Assembly (NCBI GenBank): GCA_046761065.1
Contig: JBHIFL010000048.1
Coordinates: forward strand, 1 to 34,663
Length of the DNA: 34,663 nucleotides
Origin: Candidatus Heimdallarchaeota archaeon
Lineage (GTDB): Archaea; Asgardarchaeota; Wukongarchaeia; Wukongarchaeales; JBHIFL01
Direction: 5' to 3'
A program made the translations under genes and the position numbers. Position 1 is the stretch's first letter; each line of letters starts with the position of its first letter. Positions 9,322 through 19,259 of this stretch are shown here, one piece after another. Under the pieces are notes generated by a model. That model ran no database searches. It was not told where the DNA came from and saw only the letters and a list, made by a program, of their open reading frames with translations.

Positions 9322-10680
9322 ATGGTCAAAATATGTATAATAGGCGCTGGTAGCGTGGTGTGGTCTTCAATTTTAATTAAGGATCTTTGTCTGACAAAAA
9401 GTCTTTGGGGCAGCACAATTTCGTTAATGGATGTTGATAGGGAACGTCTTGAAGTGATATTCGGATTAGCGAAAAGATACGCAGCTGAGGTTAAAGCAGA
9501 TCTAAGACTTGAGAAAACAATAGATCGAAAAAAGGCGTTAGAAGACTCTGATTTTGTATTCAACACTGCGTTAGCTGGTGGACATAGTAATTTTGAGCTC
9601 CAGCGCAAAGTTGCAGAAAAACATGGCTATTATAGAGGTATTGATAGTGTAGACCACAATATGGTCTCAGATTACCCGACTATAGGTGGTTATAATCAAC
9701 TAAAGCTTTTCATGGACATAGCGAGAGATATGGAAGATATCTGCCCAGAAGCATGGTTGATTCTAACAGCAAATCCAGTTTTTGAGGGCAGCAACCTTCT
9801 GACAAGACAGACCAAATTAAAGGTGATAGGTCTTTGTCATGGCCATTTTGAAGTTAACAATGTGGCAGAGACAATTGGACTTGGTCTGAAAGACTTGAAA
9901 ACTGAATCTATCGGGTTCAATCACTGTATCTGGATGACATCCTTTCTCCATAAAGGTGAGGATGCCTATCCTATATTAGAAGAATGGATTAAAACGAAAG
10001 CAGAGTTATTCTGGCGGAACTGGAATCCTAAATATTTCGATGTCCAAATGTCCCCAGCAGCTGTTGATTTGTACAAGAGGTTCGAGTTGTTTCCAATCGG
10101 AGACACACCTAGAAGTGGGGGTTGGAGATATCACATGGATCTTGAAACGAAGAAAAGATGGTATGGTCCATTAGGTGGGTTTGATTCCGAGATTGGATGG
10201 GCTCATTATCAGGAGGATCTTAGGAAACAAATGAGTAAAATGCGTAAGGCTTACAAAAATCAATCAATTCGGATAAAAAGAGTATTACCACCATTCAAGA
10301 GTGGAGAGCAGCATATACCTCTCGTTGATGCGATTGTAAGCAATAAAAAAAGAACGTTTCAAGTGAACATACCGAATAAAGGTGTGATCCATGGAATACC
10401 AGATGACGTGGTTGTAGAAGTTCCAGCAATCCTGAGTGGAAATGGTGTCCAACGAACACATGTCGAAGGATTACCAAAACATTTAATGTTGCATATAATG
10501 ATTCCTCGGCTATTAAAGATGGAGTGGGCTGTGGAGGCTTTCTTAGAAGGAGGTAAAGACCTGTTGCTAGAATGGCTTTTGAATGACCCAAGAACAGAAT
10601 CCCTTGAACAAGCCGAATCTGTGATCAAAGATATCCTTGCATTGCCTTTTAACAAGGAGATGGCAGCACATTACAAATGA
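9322..10680 (+). CDS. GH4 NAD+/Mn2+-dependent alpha-glycosidase (Thermotoga AglA-like alpha-glucosidase/glucuronidase group)
   Basis: KICIIGAGSVVW Rossmann motif, GYYRGIDS..NMVSDY, ANPVFEG, GLCHG, GFNHCIW, PIGDTPR, SGEQHIP and IPDDVVVEVP. Confidence 0.9.
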   Translation: MVKICIIGAGSVVWSSILIKDLCLTKSLWGSTISLMDVDRERLEVIFGLAKRYAAEVKADLRLEKTIDRKKALEDSDFVFNTALAGGHSNFELQRKVAEKHGYYRGIDSVDHNMVSDYPTIGGYNQLKLFMDIARDMEDICPEAWLILTANPVFEGSNLLTRQTKLKVIGLCHGHFEVNNVAETIGLGLKDLKTESIGFNHCIWMTSFLHKGEDAYPILEEWIKTKAELFWRNWNPKYFDVQMSPAAVDLYKRFELFPIGDTPRSGGWRYHMDLETKKRWYGPLGGFDSEIGWAHYQEDLRKQMSKMRKAYKNQSIRIKRVLPPFKSGEQHIPLVDAIVSNKKRTFQVNIPNKGVIHGIPDDVVVEVPAILSGNGVQRTHVEGLPKHLMLHIMIPRLLKMEWAVEAFLEGGKDLLLEWLLNDPRTESLEQAESVIKDILALPFNKEMAAHYK

Positions 10681-10741
10681 GTGCGCTGGAACTTTGATAA
10701 TCCATATCATCAACATATCTGCCTTAATCCATCCGTCCATC

Positions 10742-11245
10742 TTATTTATTAGGAGGAATCGTTGGATCCGGATCTTTATAACAATAATAAGTTCCCATAT
10801 CTACTGGAACTCCATTTTGTTTTAAGTATGTAAATAATTGACCTACATGTAACCATTCATGTCCGATTTCCCCAAATACTTCCTTATAGATTGATGTTTG
10901 CTCTTCTTGATACCAAAACTGTATCTGTTTTTCATGAGCATCCTCTAGATGCTCTTCTAAAAATACAACCAGCTTTTTCAGCCCTTCTTCATATAATTTC
11001 ACCAATCCATGAGCATTCGGTGGTTTATTTCCCTCTTCAAAAGCCACATATGCTTTTTCATCCGGAAAAGGGTCTACCATCCCCTTATAGAGGCTCATTG
11101 GGGCGCACGCCAGATGAGTTGCGAGTTCCGCTGTCGTCCTCATATTTGGTGCAGGTTTCCAGTCCCATAATTCTGAAGGTACCATTTTAAGAAGATAGAG
11201 AATACCTATACGTTGGCCTTTTAAGATATGAATTAATTCTTCCAT
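10742..11245 (-). CDS. DinB family protein
   Basis: WKPAPNMRTTAELATHLA and HEWLHVGQLFTYLKQNG (His triad pattern). GAGGT RBS. Confidence 0.85.
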   Translation of the reverse strand: MEELIHILKGQRIGILYLLKMVPSELWDWKPAPNMRTTAELATHLACAPMSLYKGMVDPFPDEKAYVAFEEGNKPPNAHGLVKLYEEGLKKLVVFLEEHLEDAHEKQIQFWYQEEQTSIYKEVFGEIGHEWLHVGQLFTYLKQNGVPVDMGTYYCYKDPDPTIPPNK

Positions 11246-11448
11246 GATCTAACCTCGTCATTTGATGGTTTAAGGAATTTAAAAATCTTCTTCCGCCCAT
11301 CTCTTAAACAGTGCTCCATAGCTGTGCGGCGTTCGACTCGTTTATATACCCACTAGCTTGACCAAAAGGCATTATTTTGTAGTCATAATTAGCGAAATCG
11401 GAAAGTAAACATCTTGTATTTCATTAAGTTTCGAGTGCTATATTTGAG

Positions 11449-12477
11449 TTAGGACTCATTCAACCATCGCTCAAGATCCACCTGTTTTTTCTGTTCGTAT
11501 GATTTTTTCATACGATCAATCACAGATTTTACTCGATCACTTGAAAAGCCCTGTTCCTGACATAGAAAAGCTATGAGTTCTTCTTCTTGTAACGGTCTAA
11601 TATCTATATTATAGTCAGAAGTTACCTCTGGATATAAAAATAGATCCCGAATCTGTTCATAATGTTCTGGAATCTTTGAACGAATCTTCTCTGGCATTGC
11701 TTCCAGACACCCGTAGTCGCGAACCAGTCGCAGTCCGGTCTTTGGGCCCACTCCCGGCACTTTGTAATTAAAGTCCGTGCCAAGAAGGATTCCTAAGTCA
11801 ATCAACTGATTGTGTGTGATTCCATAATAGGAAAGGAGCTTTTGTAGTTCGATGAGTTCAGGTTGGCTCGGTAGGTTGATATTTCGGTATTTACCACTGA
11901 TCGAGAGATATCTTGCTTGTCTTGGAACTCCATAGAGGAGCGAATCATAGTCTTGGCTGTTTGCTGCCCAGAACCGCTTGTTCGTTCTTACCATGAAGGC
12001 GGTTTGTGCTTCTGCGTCTCGAGGCGCATCAATAACTGGGATTCCTAATAGTGAGAGGAGGTACTTCGCATCAGCAATTAAGTCACTTGTCAATCGACTT
12101 GTTACTATAGCTTTTGAGAAGGCTGTTTGGAGATCACCCGCTTCTAATGCCGCCTTCCACGCCTTTTCAGCTTTCGCCTTCGCTTTACTTCGTCGCTTGA
12201 GTTCAGCTCGCTTCAGTTCAATCGGTTCTCCATCAAAAACAAAAACAAAGCGTATCCCAAAATCGGTGATCAGCCGAGTTGTACGATAGAATAACCCGAT
12301 AAGATGAGAGGTGATTACATTATTCCAACTGAGCAAGGTCCCATCGCGCTCTCTAATAATCGATAGGAATTGATAGAGGATATTGTTGGCATCTACCGCC
12401 AGTATTCGACCCTGAAGTGCGTCTAAGGAGATGATCTGCCGGACTGGTCTGACCAGCTCACCTAGGTTTGTCCCCAT
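11449..12477 (-). CDS. fen1: Flap endonuclease-1
   Basis: AVDANNILYQFLSIIR..G, TSHLIGLFYRT, FVFDG, APRDAEAQ, SQDYDSLLYG, GTDFN and GVGPKT motifs, plus a C-terminal PIP box QVDLERWL. Confidence 0.97.
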   Translation of the reverse strand: MGTNLGELVRPVRQIISLDALQGRILAVDANNILYQFLSIIRERDGTLLSWNNVITSHLIGLFYRTTRLITDFGIRFVFVFDGEPIELKRAELKRRSKAKAKAEKAWKAALEAGDLQTAFSKAIVTSRLTSDLIADAKYLLSLLGIPVIDAPRDAEAQTAFMVRTNKRFWAANSQDYDSLLYGVPRQARYLSISGKYRNINLPSQPELIELQKLLSYYGITHNQLIDLGILLGTDFNYKVPGVGPKTGLRLVRDYGCLEAMPEKIRSKIPEHYEQIRDLFLYPEVTSDYNIDIRPLQEEELIAFLCQEQGFSSDRVKSVIDRMKKSYEQKKQVDLERWLNES

Positions 12478-12600
12478 AACTTTATACCTCGATATAATTC
12501 TAGGCAGTCTTCATGCGAAGGCAAATCAACTTTTCGATATATTGTAATAAATTAATCTTCCACCGATTTGGGTTGCTCTGTCTGAGGGATATGAGCTGTA

Positions 12601-12927
12601 ATTATCAATATTCCCTATTGTGTCAACTACAATCCAAGTCAAGTGGGGTTTATGAGTGCAAGATAGCACCATTTTAACAATCTCTTGATGGCACCAATTT
12701 TGATGGCATCAACGTGAATTACATCTGTCCCGACTTAATAAAAACGTGGGAGGAACTAGAGTTGTTGGATCCCAGTGGGAGGACCCCGGAGAAAATCGAG
12801 CGCTATATCCGGGTCGAAGTGCCGCTGGATCGCATAGGCCAACCGATAGATATTGCGGAGACAGTAGTGGTCCTCGTGTCGGATGCCGCACGCTATATTG
12901 TCGAGGGGCGTTTCAGTAGACGATGGC
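12601..12927 (+). pseudogene. SDR (FabG-like) oxidoreductase C-terminal remnant
   Basis: IINI at 12601 in another frame, GINVNYICPDLIKT from 12705, then VPLDRIGQPIDIAETVVVLVSDAARYI and a frameshifted VSVDDG. This is a decayed VN.I.PG...T / PLGR.G.P.D.A / VDGG pattern with no Rossmann N-terminus. Confidence 0.8.
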
Positions 12928-13226
12928 GCAATGTTAGATTCAGTAGCGAAGCGAGATGCCCTCTTCGACTTCGGATTGGATTGGGGAACCGAATTTAGAG
13001 CGGTAAAGCTTTGATGAATAGTCTCCGGAGCGGTGAAAACTGGAGGCAGCCACTCATTCTGCGCACACCCCAAGCATTGGCCCGGAACAACGAGGGGGAT
13101 GTGTGGGAGAGTAACAAGGCTCGAAATGATGTAGCCCTAACCATGAGGGACTCCACCTACCGAAACATGAATTAACGGGCATTTCGTAGTAAGTAATCAC
13201 ACCTTAGCAATGAGGTTGGTGATGTT

Positions 13227-13691
13227 TTGGGTACTGTAGCTGACCTGAAGTGTCAAAACTGTGACTTTACGTTTACCTTACGTGTTCGCCAAGCCTGTTG
13301 GATTGACGAAGAGGGCAACGTTGGAATGTTGGCTCAACCTGGCCCCCAAATTGAAGGAGGACCGAAAGGAAAGTTTCAAACGGGTTTCTATGACAGCAAG
13401 TATTGCGTTACCTGTGGGGAAGTCTACAGTATCCTGAGGATGGATGTGATGCCCTCACGGGTTAAACGCGTCCAAAATGACAAGACAGTCATTTTAAGTG
13501 ATGCCGAGATGGTGTGTCCTCAATGTGAAACAATCTTGTTGGACTTCTTAGGGGTGTTAGAACTATCAAAAAATCGAGAACGGGCATTTCGTGTAGTCTT
13601 CAAGCGGGTATATGTTCCTGAAAGAGAGCTATTAACTTGTCCGAAGTGTAAGGATAGCAAAATCGAATTACTAAGCTATAGTAGGATTTAA
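13227..13691 (+). CDS. Hypothetical protein with four CxxC pairs (two Zn-ribbon sites)
   Basis: CQNC, CVTC, CPQC and CPKC. GGTGA RBS before the TTG start. Confidence 0.7.
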   Translation: MGTVADLKCQNCDFTFTLRVRQACWIDEEGNVGMLAQPGPQIEGGPKGKFQTGFYDSKYCVTCGEVYSILRMDVMPSRVKRVQNDKTVILSDAEMVCPQCETILLDFLGVLELSKNRERAFRVVFKRVYVPERELLTCPKCKDSKIELLSYSRI

Positions 13692-14023
13692 TTTATCTTT
13701 CCGAAGATCGCAATTTGTTTGCGATGGTAGAAGCCTATAACTCCCCTTGAAAGGGAATTAATATCAAGTCGAAAAGTAACTTTTTGGTAACTGCTATATT
13801 TTAATAAATTAGTAACATATTATTATTCAATAGATTGTTGATTTTGAAATATCGATTCCAAATATAGAACCGTCATGACCTTTTAGAGGGCTTATTGAAC
13901 CAACACCAATTCAGATTCGTAAAACAATCTAACACACATTAAACTGCGGGTTACGCATTTCGATGCCTCTCTTCTGGTCAAAGACGGATTCCAAGACGCA
14001 TAATAATTTACAGAGGGTAAAAT

Positions 14024-14890
14024 ATGAGTGACAAAAATAAAATATCCTTTCAAAACATTTTGATCCCTATAGATGGAAGCCACCCCTCCCTTCATGCGGA
14101 GGAACTCGCGGTTCTTCTAGCAAAAGCCTTCGAGTCAAAAGTTACTGTGCTTCATACAATTCCACGAGAGCTCATCCAATCCGTATCGCATTCAGTGACC
14201 AATCTCCCTCCCTCCATTGCGAATGAACTGCGGGCTTCCCTTGAGCAGAAAGGAGCGCATGTTATTGCGAACGCTAATGCTTTATATAGGGAGGAAAATA
14301 TCCCTGTGGAGACAAAACTCATAGAATATGGGGACCCTGCAGAATCTATTTTAGAAGCTTGCGGTGAATACGACCTAATAATCATGGGAGGCCGAGGTGA
14401 AGGGGATACTGGGGAATTTGACCTTGGAAGTGTCGCAAAAAAGATTGTGCGCCATAGTCAATGTCCAGTTCTCCTTGTGAAAAAACGTTCACCAATTTCA
14501 AAAATCTTAGTCCCTATTGACGGCTCCGATTATGCAAAGAAGGCGTTAAACTACGCAGTGGAGCTAGCGGAGAAGCAGCACGCTAAACTGACACTGTTAA
14601 ACGTAGCTCGTGGCGCGCCTCCAATTCTTGAACAGGACACCGCAAAAAGGATTGGGCAATCTTTTTTAGCGGAGGCGCGAAAGTTCGTCGAAGCAAGCGG
14701 GATAAACCCCACCACACAAATCGAATATGGGTCTCCTGCAACAGTGATCACAGATGTCGCCGAAAAAGGGGATTATGATCTGATTGTGATGGGGAGTAGA
14801 GGTCACAGTGGTATCAGACGCTTTCTACTAGGTGGTGTAAGCGATAAGGTTAGCCAAACCGCAAAATCCTCAGTGCTGATTGTCAAATGA
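14024..14890 (+). CDS. Tandem-domain universal stress protein (UspA x2)
   Basis: Two ILxPIDGS starts, DLIIMGGRG...LGSVA and DLIVMGSRG...LGGVS ATP-binding motifs, ends PVLLVK and SVLIVK. Confidence 0.95.
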   Translation: MSDKNKISFQNILIPIDGSHPSLHAEELAVLLAKAFESKVTVLHTIPRELIQSVSHSVTNLPPSIANELRASLEQKGAHVIANANALYREENIPVETKLIEYGDPAESILEACGEYDLIIMGGRGEGDTGEFDLGSVAKKIVRHSQCPVLLVKKRSPISKILVPIDGSDYAKKALNYAVELAEKQHAKLTLLNVARGAPPILEQDTAKRIGQSFLAEARKFVEASGINPTTQIEYGSPATVITDVAEKGDYDLIVMGSRGHSGIRRFLLGGVSDKVSQTAKSSVLIVK

Positions 14891-14907
14891 TATTCTCCGG
14901 TCCCCTC

Positions 14908-14914
14908 TTTTTTT
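14908..14914 (+). terminator. Oligo-T archaeal terminator candidate after the usp gene
   Basis: A T7 run in a pyrimidine tract 18 nt after the stop codon. Confidence 0.35.
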
Positions 14915-15225
14915 GACCGTTCAAACATCATCAACTGATCAGGGGTTTGAGCGAGAATGAAGTTTCTAGTATCGAGGAAGTAGGATTCGCACAATTGGAC
15001 TTGTATTGTGCCTTCACGAGTATCGTAACCATCTAAGAGCTAGTAAATGAACAGGTTGTTTTAGGTGATAACTGCGTGTACCTATTGTTATAACAACCGC
15101 AGGCTAAAAATGCCCTTTTTTTAGCGAATAGATAGTATCTTACAGGTTCCCAAATTGGAATAGTCATTCCTATAAAAGCCAACAAATATATTGTTTGTAA
15201 TTCTTTGAATTAGAGGTGGACTCCC

Positions 15226-16020
15226 ATGAAGTTTGTTGTGTTATTGGAGATCTCTGAAAAGGGAGAAAAGTTCCCACGGAAATTCATCCGCACATTATTC
15301 TCATCAAGTGAGTTAGCAAATCAGAGAGCATACATTGTCTTTGACGATTTGAACGAAAAAATCTGGCTTTGGCTTGGAAGTGGGCTCTCAAGGGTACATC
15401 GTGCAGTGGCGCAGCGTTCCGCGGGATTTGCGAGGGCTCACGGGCATGAAGTTGACCAATATATTGTAGGGCGCGGCTATGATGTGGTTGAAATTCAAGA
15501 AGGCGAAGAACCCCCCCTCGAGTTTACGACGCTCTTGCATCAAAAATTGGAGGTCCACGGAGACTATAGTGTGATTACTGGAGTCCCCGAGATTACGAGA
15601 GGACCTGTAAAACCACTTCATCTAGCTGAAGAGGAAGTAGGAACAGCAAAAGTAAAACCTGAAGCAGAAGTAATCCTTGAAGAAAGACGTGTTGACGAGG
15701 TAGTTGAGGAGGTAATTGAGCCAAAAGATCCTACGAAGACCTATGTGGTACTACCGAAACTTTTAGAACTTCCTCCAGATGAAAAACCCATTTATGTGGA
15801 TGGGTTGGTACAGAGAGCGTTGTTGGGGCTTGAGAAAGAGGGAATGGTAAGTCGTGGAGCCGAGGAGAATTCCTTCATCCTATACTCAAAAGATGGCGAT
15901 CTCTTAGGAACGGTCCTTCTAGATCCAGTATCACGAGATGAAATAGCCTATAAGGCTAATTGGATTCGACAAGAAGATGAAAATTTGTTTGCGAAGTATT
16001 TATCAATGTCTAGTTCATAA
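15226..16020 (+). CDS. Single gelsolin-like domain protein with an acidic linker and an unknown C-terminal domain
   Basis: SSELANQRAYIVFDDLNEKIWLWLGSG..R..A...A and VVEIQEGEEPPLEF match the gelsolin repeat pattern (L....hhIhD....IahWhG..S......A...A ... h.EG.EP..F). GAGGTG RBS. Confidence 0.75.
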   Translation: MKFVVLLEISEKGEKFPRKFIRTLFSSSELANQRAYIVFDDLNEKIWLWLGSGLSRVHRAVAQRSAGFARAHGHEVDQYIVGRGYDVVEIQEGEEPPLEFTTLLHQKLEVHGDYSVITGVPEITRGPVKPLHLAEEEVGTAKVKPEAEVILEERRVDEVVEEVIEPKDPTKTYVVLPKLLELPPDEKPIYVDGLVQRALLGLEKEGMVSRGAEENSFILYSKDGDLLGTVLLDPVSRDEIAYKANWIRQEDENLFAKYLSMSSS

Positions 16021-16121
16021 TGGTCATATAAAAGGCGTAAAGTATGATAAAACTTAGGGGACAGAATCCAATACACTATTCATGCCAAGTTCTAAGAGAA
16101 TCAGACCTAGGAACAAGAGAA

Positions 16122-16748
16122 ATGACGAACCCAACGAAACACATAAAGTTATTAAATATTCTCATTAAGCTTTTTGGGACTCCAGAGAAACTAGAGCGTT
16201 CTGATCCCTTTCAAGTCCTTGTTTCGACAATATTGAGCCAAAGAACACGAGATGAAATATCTGAAAAAGTGAGTAACAGGCTTTTCAAGCGAATTAATTC
16301 CATCGAGGACCTCGCAATAATCCCACTCGAAGACCTCACTCAGATCCTGCGTGGGGTGAATTACAGATTTCAAAAAGCTAAAAGGCTCAAAAAAATTGCT
16401 CAAATTCTTTTAAAGAAGGGTAGCGTTCCCACTACCCGAGAAGAACTATTGCAACTTCCTGGGGTTGGCGAAAAAACGGCGAGTTCCGTTCTTATGTTTG
16501 GACTGGGGGAAACTGATGAAATCCTCCTTGATACTCATGTGTTCCGGGTTTGTACTCGTTTGGGATTCTGTTCACAAAACCAGTCGAAATCAGAGGTGCG
16601 TAAAGTGGTTCGACGGGAATATCCTGGTCAAGACTTGAGATTGGTTGACCACGTTTTCTTGAGCCATGCCAAAACATTCTGTAAAGCGCAAAATCCGCGC
16701 TGTCAGGATTGTCCCATTCACGAGTATTGTGGGTACTATCGTAGGTAG
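16122..16748 (+). CDS. nth: Endonuclease III (HhH-GPD, 4Fe-4S)
   Basis: DPFQVLVSTILSQRTRD, LPGVGEKTA (HhH Lys), DTHVFRV and C-x6-C-x2-C-x5-C. Likely start 16122; the ORF is open from 16044. Confidence 0.93.
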   Translation: MTNPTKHIKLLNILIKLFGTPEKLERSDPFQVLVSTILSQRTRDEISEKVSNRLFKRINSIEDLAIIPLEDLTQILRGVNYRFQKAKRLKKIAQILLKKGSVPTTREELLQLPGVGEKTASSVLMFGLGETDEILLDTHVFRVCTRLGFCSQNQSKSEVRKVVRREYPGQDLRLVDHVFLSHAKTFCKAQNPRCQDCPIHEYCGYYRR

Positions 16749-17127
16749 TCATCATGATCCAAGAGACTAGTTAAGCTGAAGAAGAGCAGAAAATATCCAC
16801 CGAATTGAGCTTGATTTTGAGCAGTTTTTAGAAAAGGGTTAGGTTCGTAGCCTGATCCCACAAAAGGTTATAAAATTTGGTATAGGCTTTCATGGTTACT
16901 CGTTAGAGTTAAGCAATATCTTCTTTTATGACAAAAAACGTGGAATGTCCTGAGATTATATGAACTCTGCTCAGTCAAATATTGGCTCTAGAGAAGGATT
17001 ATCTGTTTTAACATAAAATTTTTGAGAAGTAAAAAGGATTGTTTTGAAAAGAGTACAAGACAAAATGAATAAAAAGATTTAAGAGATCTCAAGTCTACTC
17101 CTTGATAGAATTTAATGCACATAAGGG

Positions 17128-17394
17128 ATGTATTCTATGGGAGACCCGCTTAAGACGCTGGATACCAGTCATATCGAAATCCTTAGAGATTTTCAGAAGG
17201 ATTTAGAAAGACGCGGTAGAAAAATGACAGAGATAGAGCTACTAACAGCTCTTATAGAATTTGTTGCAAAACGAAAACAGTTGTTCATCAACTCTCTGTT
17301 TCCCAGGGAAGAAAAAAGTCCGCTTGAAAGGTGGCTTGAAAAGATAGCAGCCACGGATTCCCCTGAGAAAAAGGAACGAAGCCCTGCGGGATAG
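17128..17394 (+). CDS. Small hypothetical protein, possibly an RHH/VapB-like DNA-binding protein
   Basis: 88 aa with strand-helix-helix character (KTLDT..EILRDFQKDL..RGRKMTEIELLTALIEFV). No PIN toxin gene follows. Confidence 0.45.
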   Translation: MYSMGDPLKTLDTSHIEILRDFQKDLERRGRKMTEIELLTALIEFVAKRKQLFINSLFPREEKSPLERWLEKIAATDSPEKKERSPAG

Positions 17395-17482
17395 CTGTCC
17401 ACTTGCGATGTATTGATAGCCTTTATAACCATACATCTCGGATATGTGATGTTGTTATTAAGATTTGATGGACATATGCGGC

Positions 17483-19066
17483 TTATGCATCTATTCCTTT
17501 GAGTTTCCTGAAGAGTGCAGGTAAACGGTCACGGTCTGGCGGTTCCTGTGCTCTCCCTGTAGCCCAGCGTTGTTTTAGGTTTCCATAAAACTTTGCAAAA
17601 CTTCGTATGTCCTCTCCAATATAGGTACGATATGCTTTTTTCTGAAATAGAAAGTCCGATAATAATCCCTCATGTGGTTCGGCAGCATTGATCGCGCATG
17701 TAAGCTCCCCCATATACACTTTGCCTACCCTTGGGAGGGTTAACATCTCCCGAGTCAAATCTTGGTCGTCAGTGATCAATGAAAGCACGAGAGAGTTTCT
17801 TATCAGTCTTCTCATTTGTTGCGCATCTTGGACTCCGATCACCGTAATGAATGGAAAGGGAAATTCCGCCCCAAGAAGCCTGTTCTCTGGTTCCTTTACC
17901 CTAACAACCGTGGGTAATAGGTATGTCAAACCGTCTTTTTTCACGAATCTCGGAGTTCCTCGAAGCTCAAAAGTGATATCCTCCCCGCTTCCATCGAGAG
18001 ATGCTGAAATAAAATGGTTAATACCTTGGGCGACCTTGGAGTCGAGAAAAGCAGCAATCTTCGCATTTTTGTTTAAAGGCGGAAGAGCTTGTTCATGGAA
18101 CACGTTCGCAGCTACCGCTCGAGCGAGTTCATCAGCGATGGTCGTACTATTCTCTCCATAGACGATGACCGCAGAAGCATTTATGCAGCTCCGACCTCCA
18201 TCGAACATCATGGAATCAGTGATCAAATCAATCAATTTGGTGAGTCCAAAAGAGTTAATGTAACTCGCATCAACTATGATCTTGCTCTCCCCCGGTCCGT
18301 AGGGCTTTATCCGGGCATGTTCCCTGAATGGTTTCACCGTCTGTGCCGACCCAAAGATGAGGCTCAGATCGCACTCATTTAGTAGGTTGGGCGTCAAGGC
18401 ATGAGTTAGAGGGAGATAATGACACGAATGCTCTGGAAGGCTGGCTTCATATAGGGATGTAATGATTCGGTGAGTTGTGAAAGGTTCACCGATTGATGGC
18501 TTGGTTAAGACCGGGTACTTCATGCCCAAAGCCAACATCCAGAGACTGTTTACTGCAGGATGATTGGAAGGAACAACAACTCCAAGATTCCGCCCTCGGG
18601 GTACCCATCCAAACTTTAGATCGCCCCTTTTACACGAAAAGGTGTCATAGACTGTCAAATCACCGGTAGGGCTCATTGCTTTAAGGACATAATCGATATG
18701 GTTCATAACCCAGGCAAGCATTTCTAGAGCATTCTGAGTATAGGTGATCGGCATTCCGGTAGCAAGAGTCACGTATTTTGCACACTCTTCAACACTCAAA
18801 ACCCGATCTTCCGTTAGCGGAACATTCTTCACGAAAATCTTAGAAGCTTCTTTAAAGATTGCAACGATACGTGAAATAGGCATCGAGTGCAAATTTTGAT
18901 AACCTATCGTTCTTGTTTGCAGAATAGACTTGCTCAAGATAATATGGGGGGAGATGGACAGTTTAAAGGGCTTTTCCTCTCCAAAGAGAGGGACTGTCTG
19001 CGTGGTCAGTGTCCTGTAGGAGGGACCTCCACGGATGAGAGAGATTACTGTAGGTTGAGCCTTCAT
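17483..19066 (-). CDS. Aldehyde-dehydrogenase-fold reductase, GriD/EhpG (LuxC-like) type
   Basis: GVVVPSNHPAVNSLW, KPSIGEPFT, FGS, GPGESK, catalytic Cys in GGRSCINAS, EFPFPF and PHEGLLSDFLF. Carries an extra C-terminal tail of about 50 aa. Confidence 0.8.
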   Translation of the reverse strand: MKAQPTVISLIRGGPSYRTLTTQTVPLFGEEKPFKLSISPHIILSKSILQTRTIGYQNLHSMPISRIVAIFKEASKIFVKNVPLTEDRVLSVEECAKYVTLATGMPITYTQNALEMLAWVMNHIDYVLKAMSPTGDLTVYDTFSCKRGDLKFGWVPRGRNLGVVVPSNHPAVNSLWMLALGMKYPVLTKPSIGEPFTTHRIITSLYEASLPEHSCHYLPLTHALTPNLLNECDLSLIFGSAQTVKPFREHARIKPYGPGESKIIVDASYINSFGLTKLIDLITDSMMFDGGRSCINASAVIVYGENSTTIADELARAVAANVFHEQALPPLNKNAKIAAFLDSKVAQGINHFISASLDGSGEDITFELRGTPRFVKKDGLTYLLPTVVRVKEPENRLLGAEFPFPFITVIGVQDAQQMRRLIRNSLVLSLITDDQDLTREMLTLPRVGKVYMGELTCAINAAEPHEGLLSDFLFQKKAYRTYIGEDIRSFAKFYGNLKQRWATGRAQEPPDRDRLPALFRKLKGIDA

Positions 19067-19259
19067 TGAGGTCTTTCTCCTTTCTATGGGTATGTTGGAC
19101 GTATCATCAGTTTATCCCCCTTTCATTAAGCTGCCCTGTACTGGGGCAGGGGATGGGGAAGTGTTCGGTTAAAATTGGCATTGTCAAAAACTACTGCCAG
19201 TATCCAAGATCTGGTCACAACGAAATGACAATATTCTCTTAAGAGCGCCAATGTACTCA

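Noticed and set aside
13174-13592. Exact 14-bp direct repeat AACGGGCATTTCGT at 13174-13187 and 13579-13592
   Set aside because: One copy is inside a CDS, and a repeat of this length can occur by chance in 35 kb. No flanked element is evident.
19095-19185. Fluoride riboswitch, C/D-box RNA (CTGATGA on the minus strand) or a 24-aa peptide ORF in the intergenic gap
   Set aside because: The remaining conserved elements are missing and the small ORF has no RBS or homology support.
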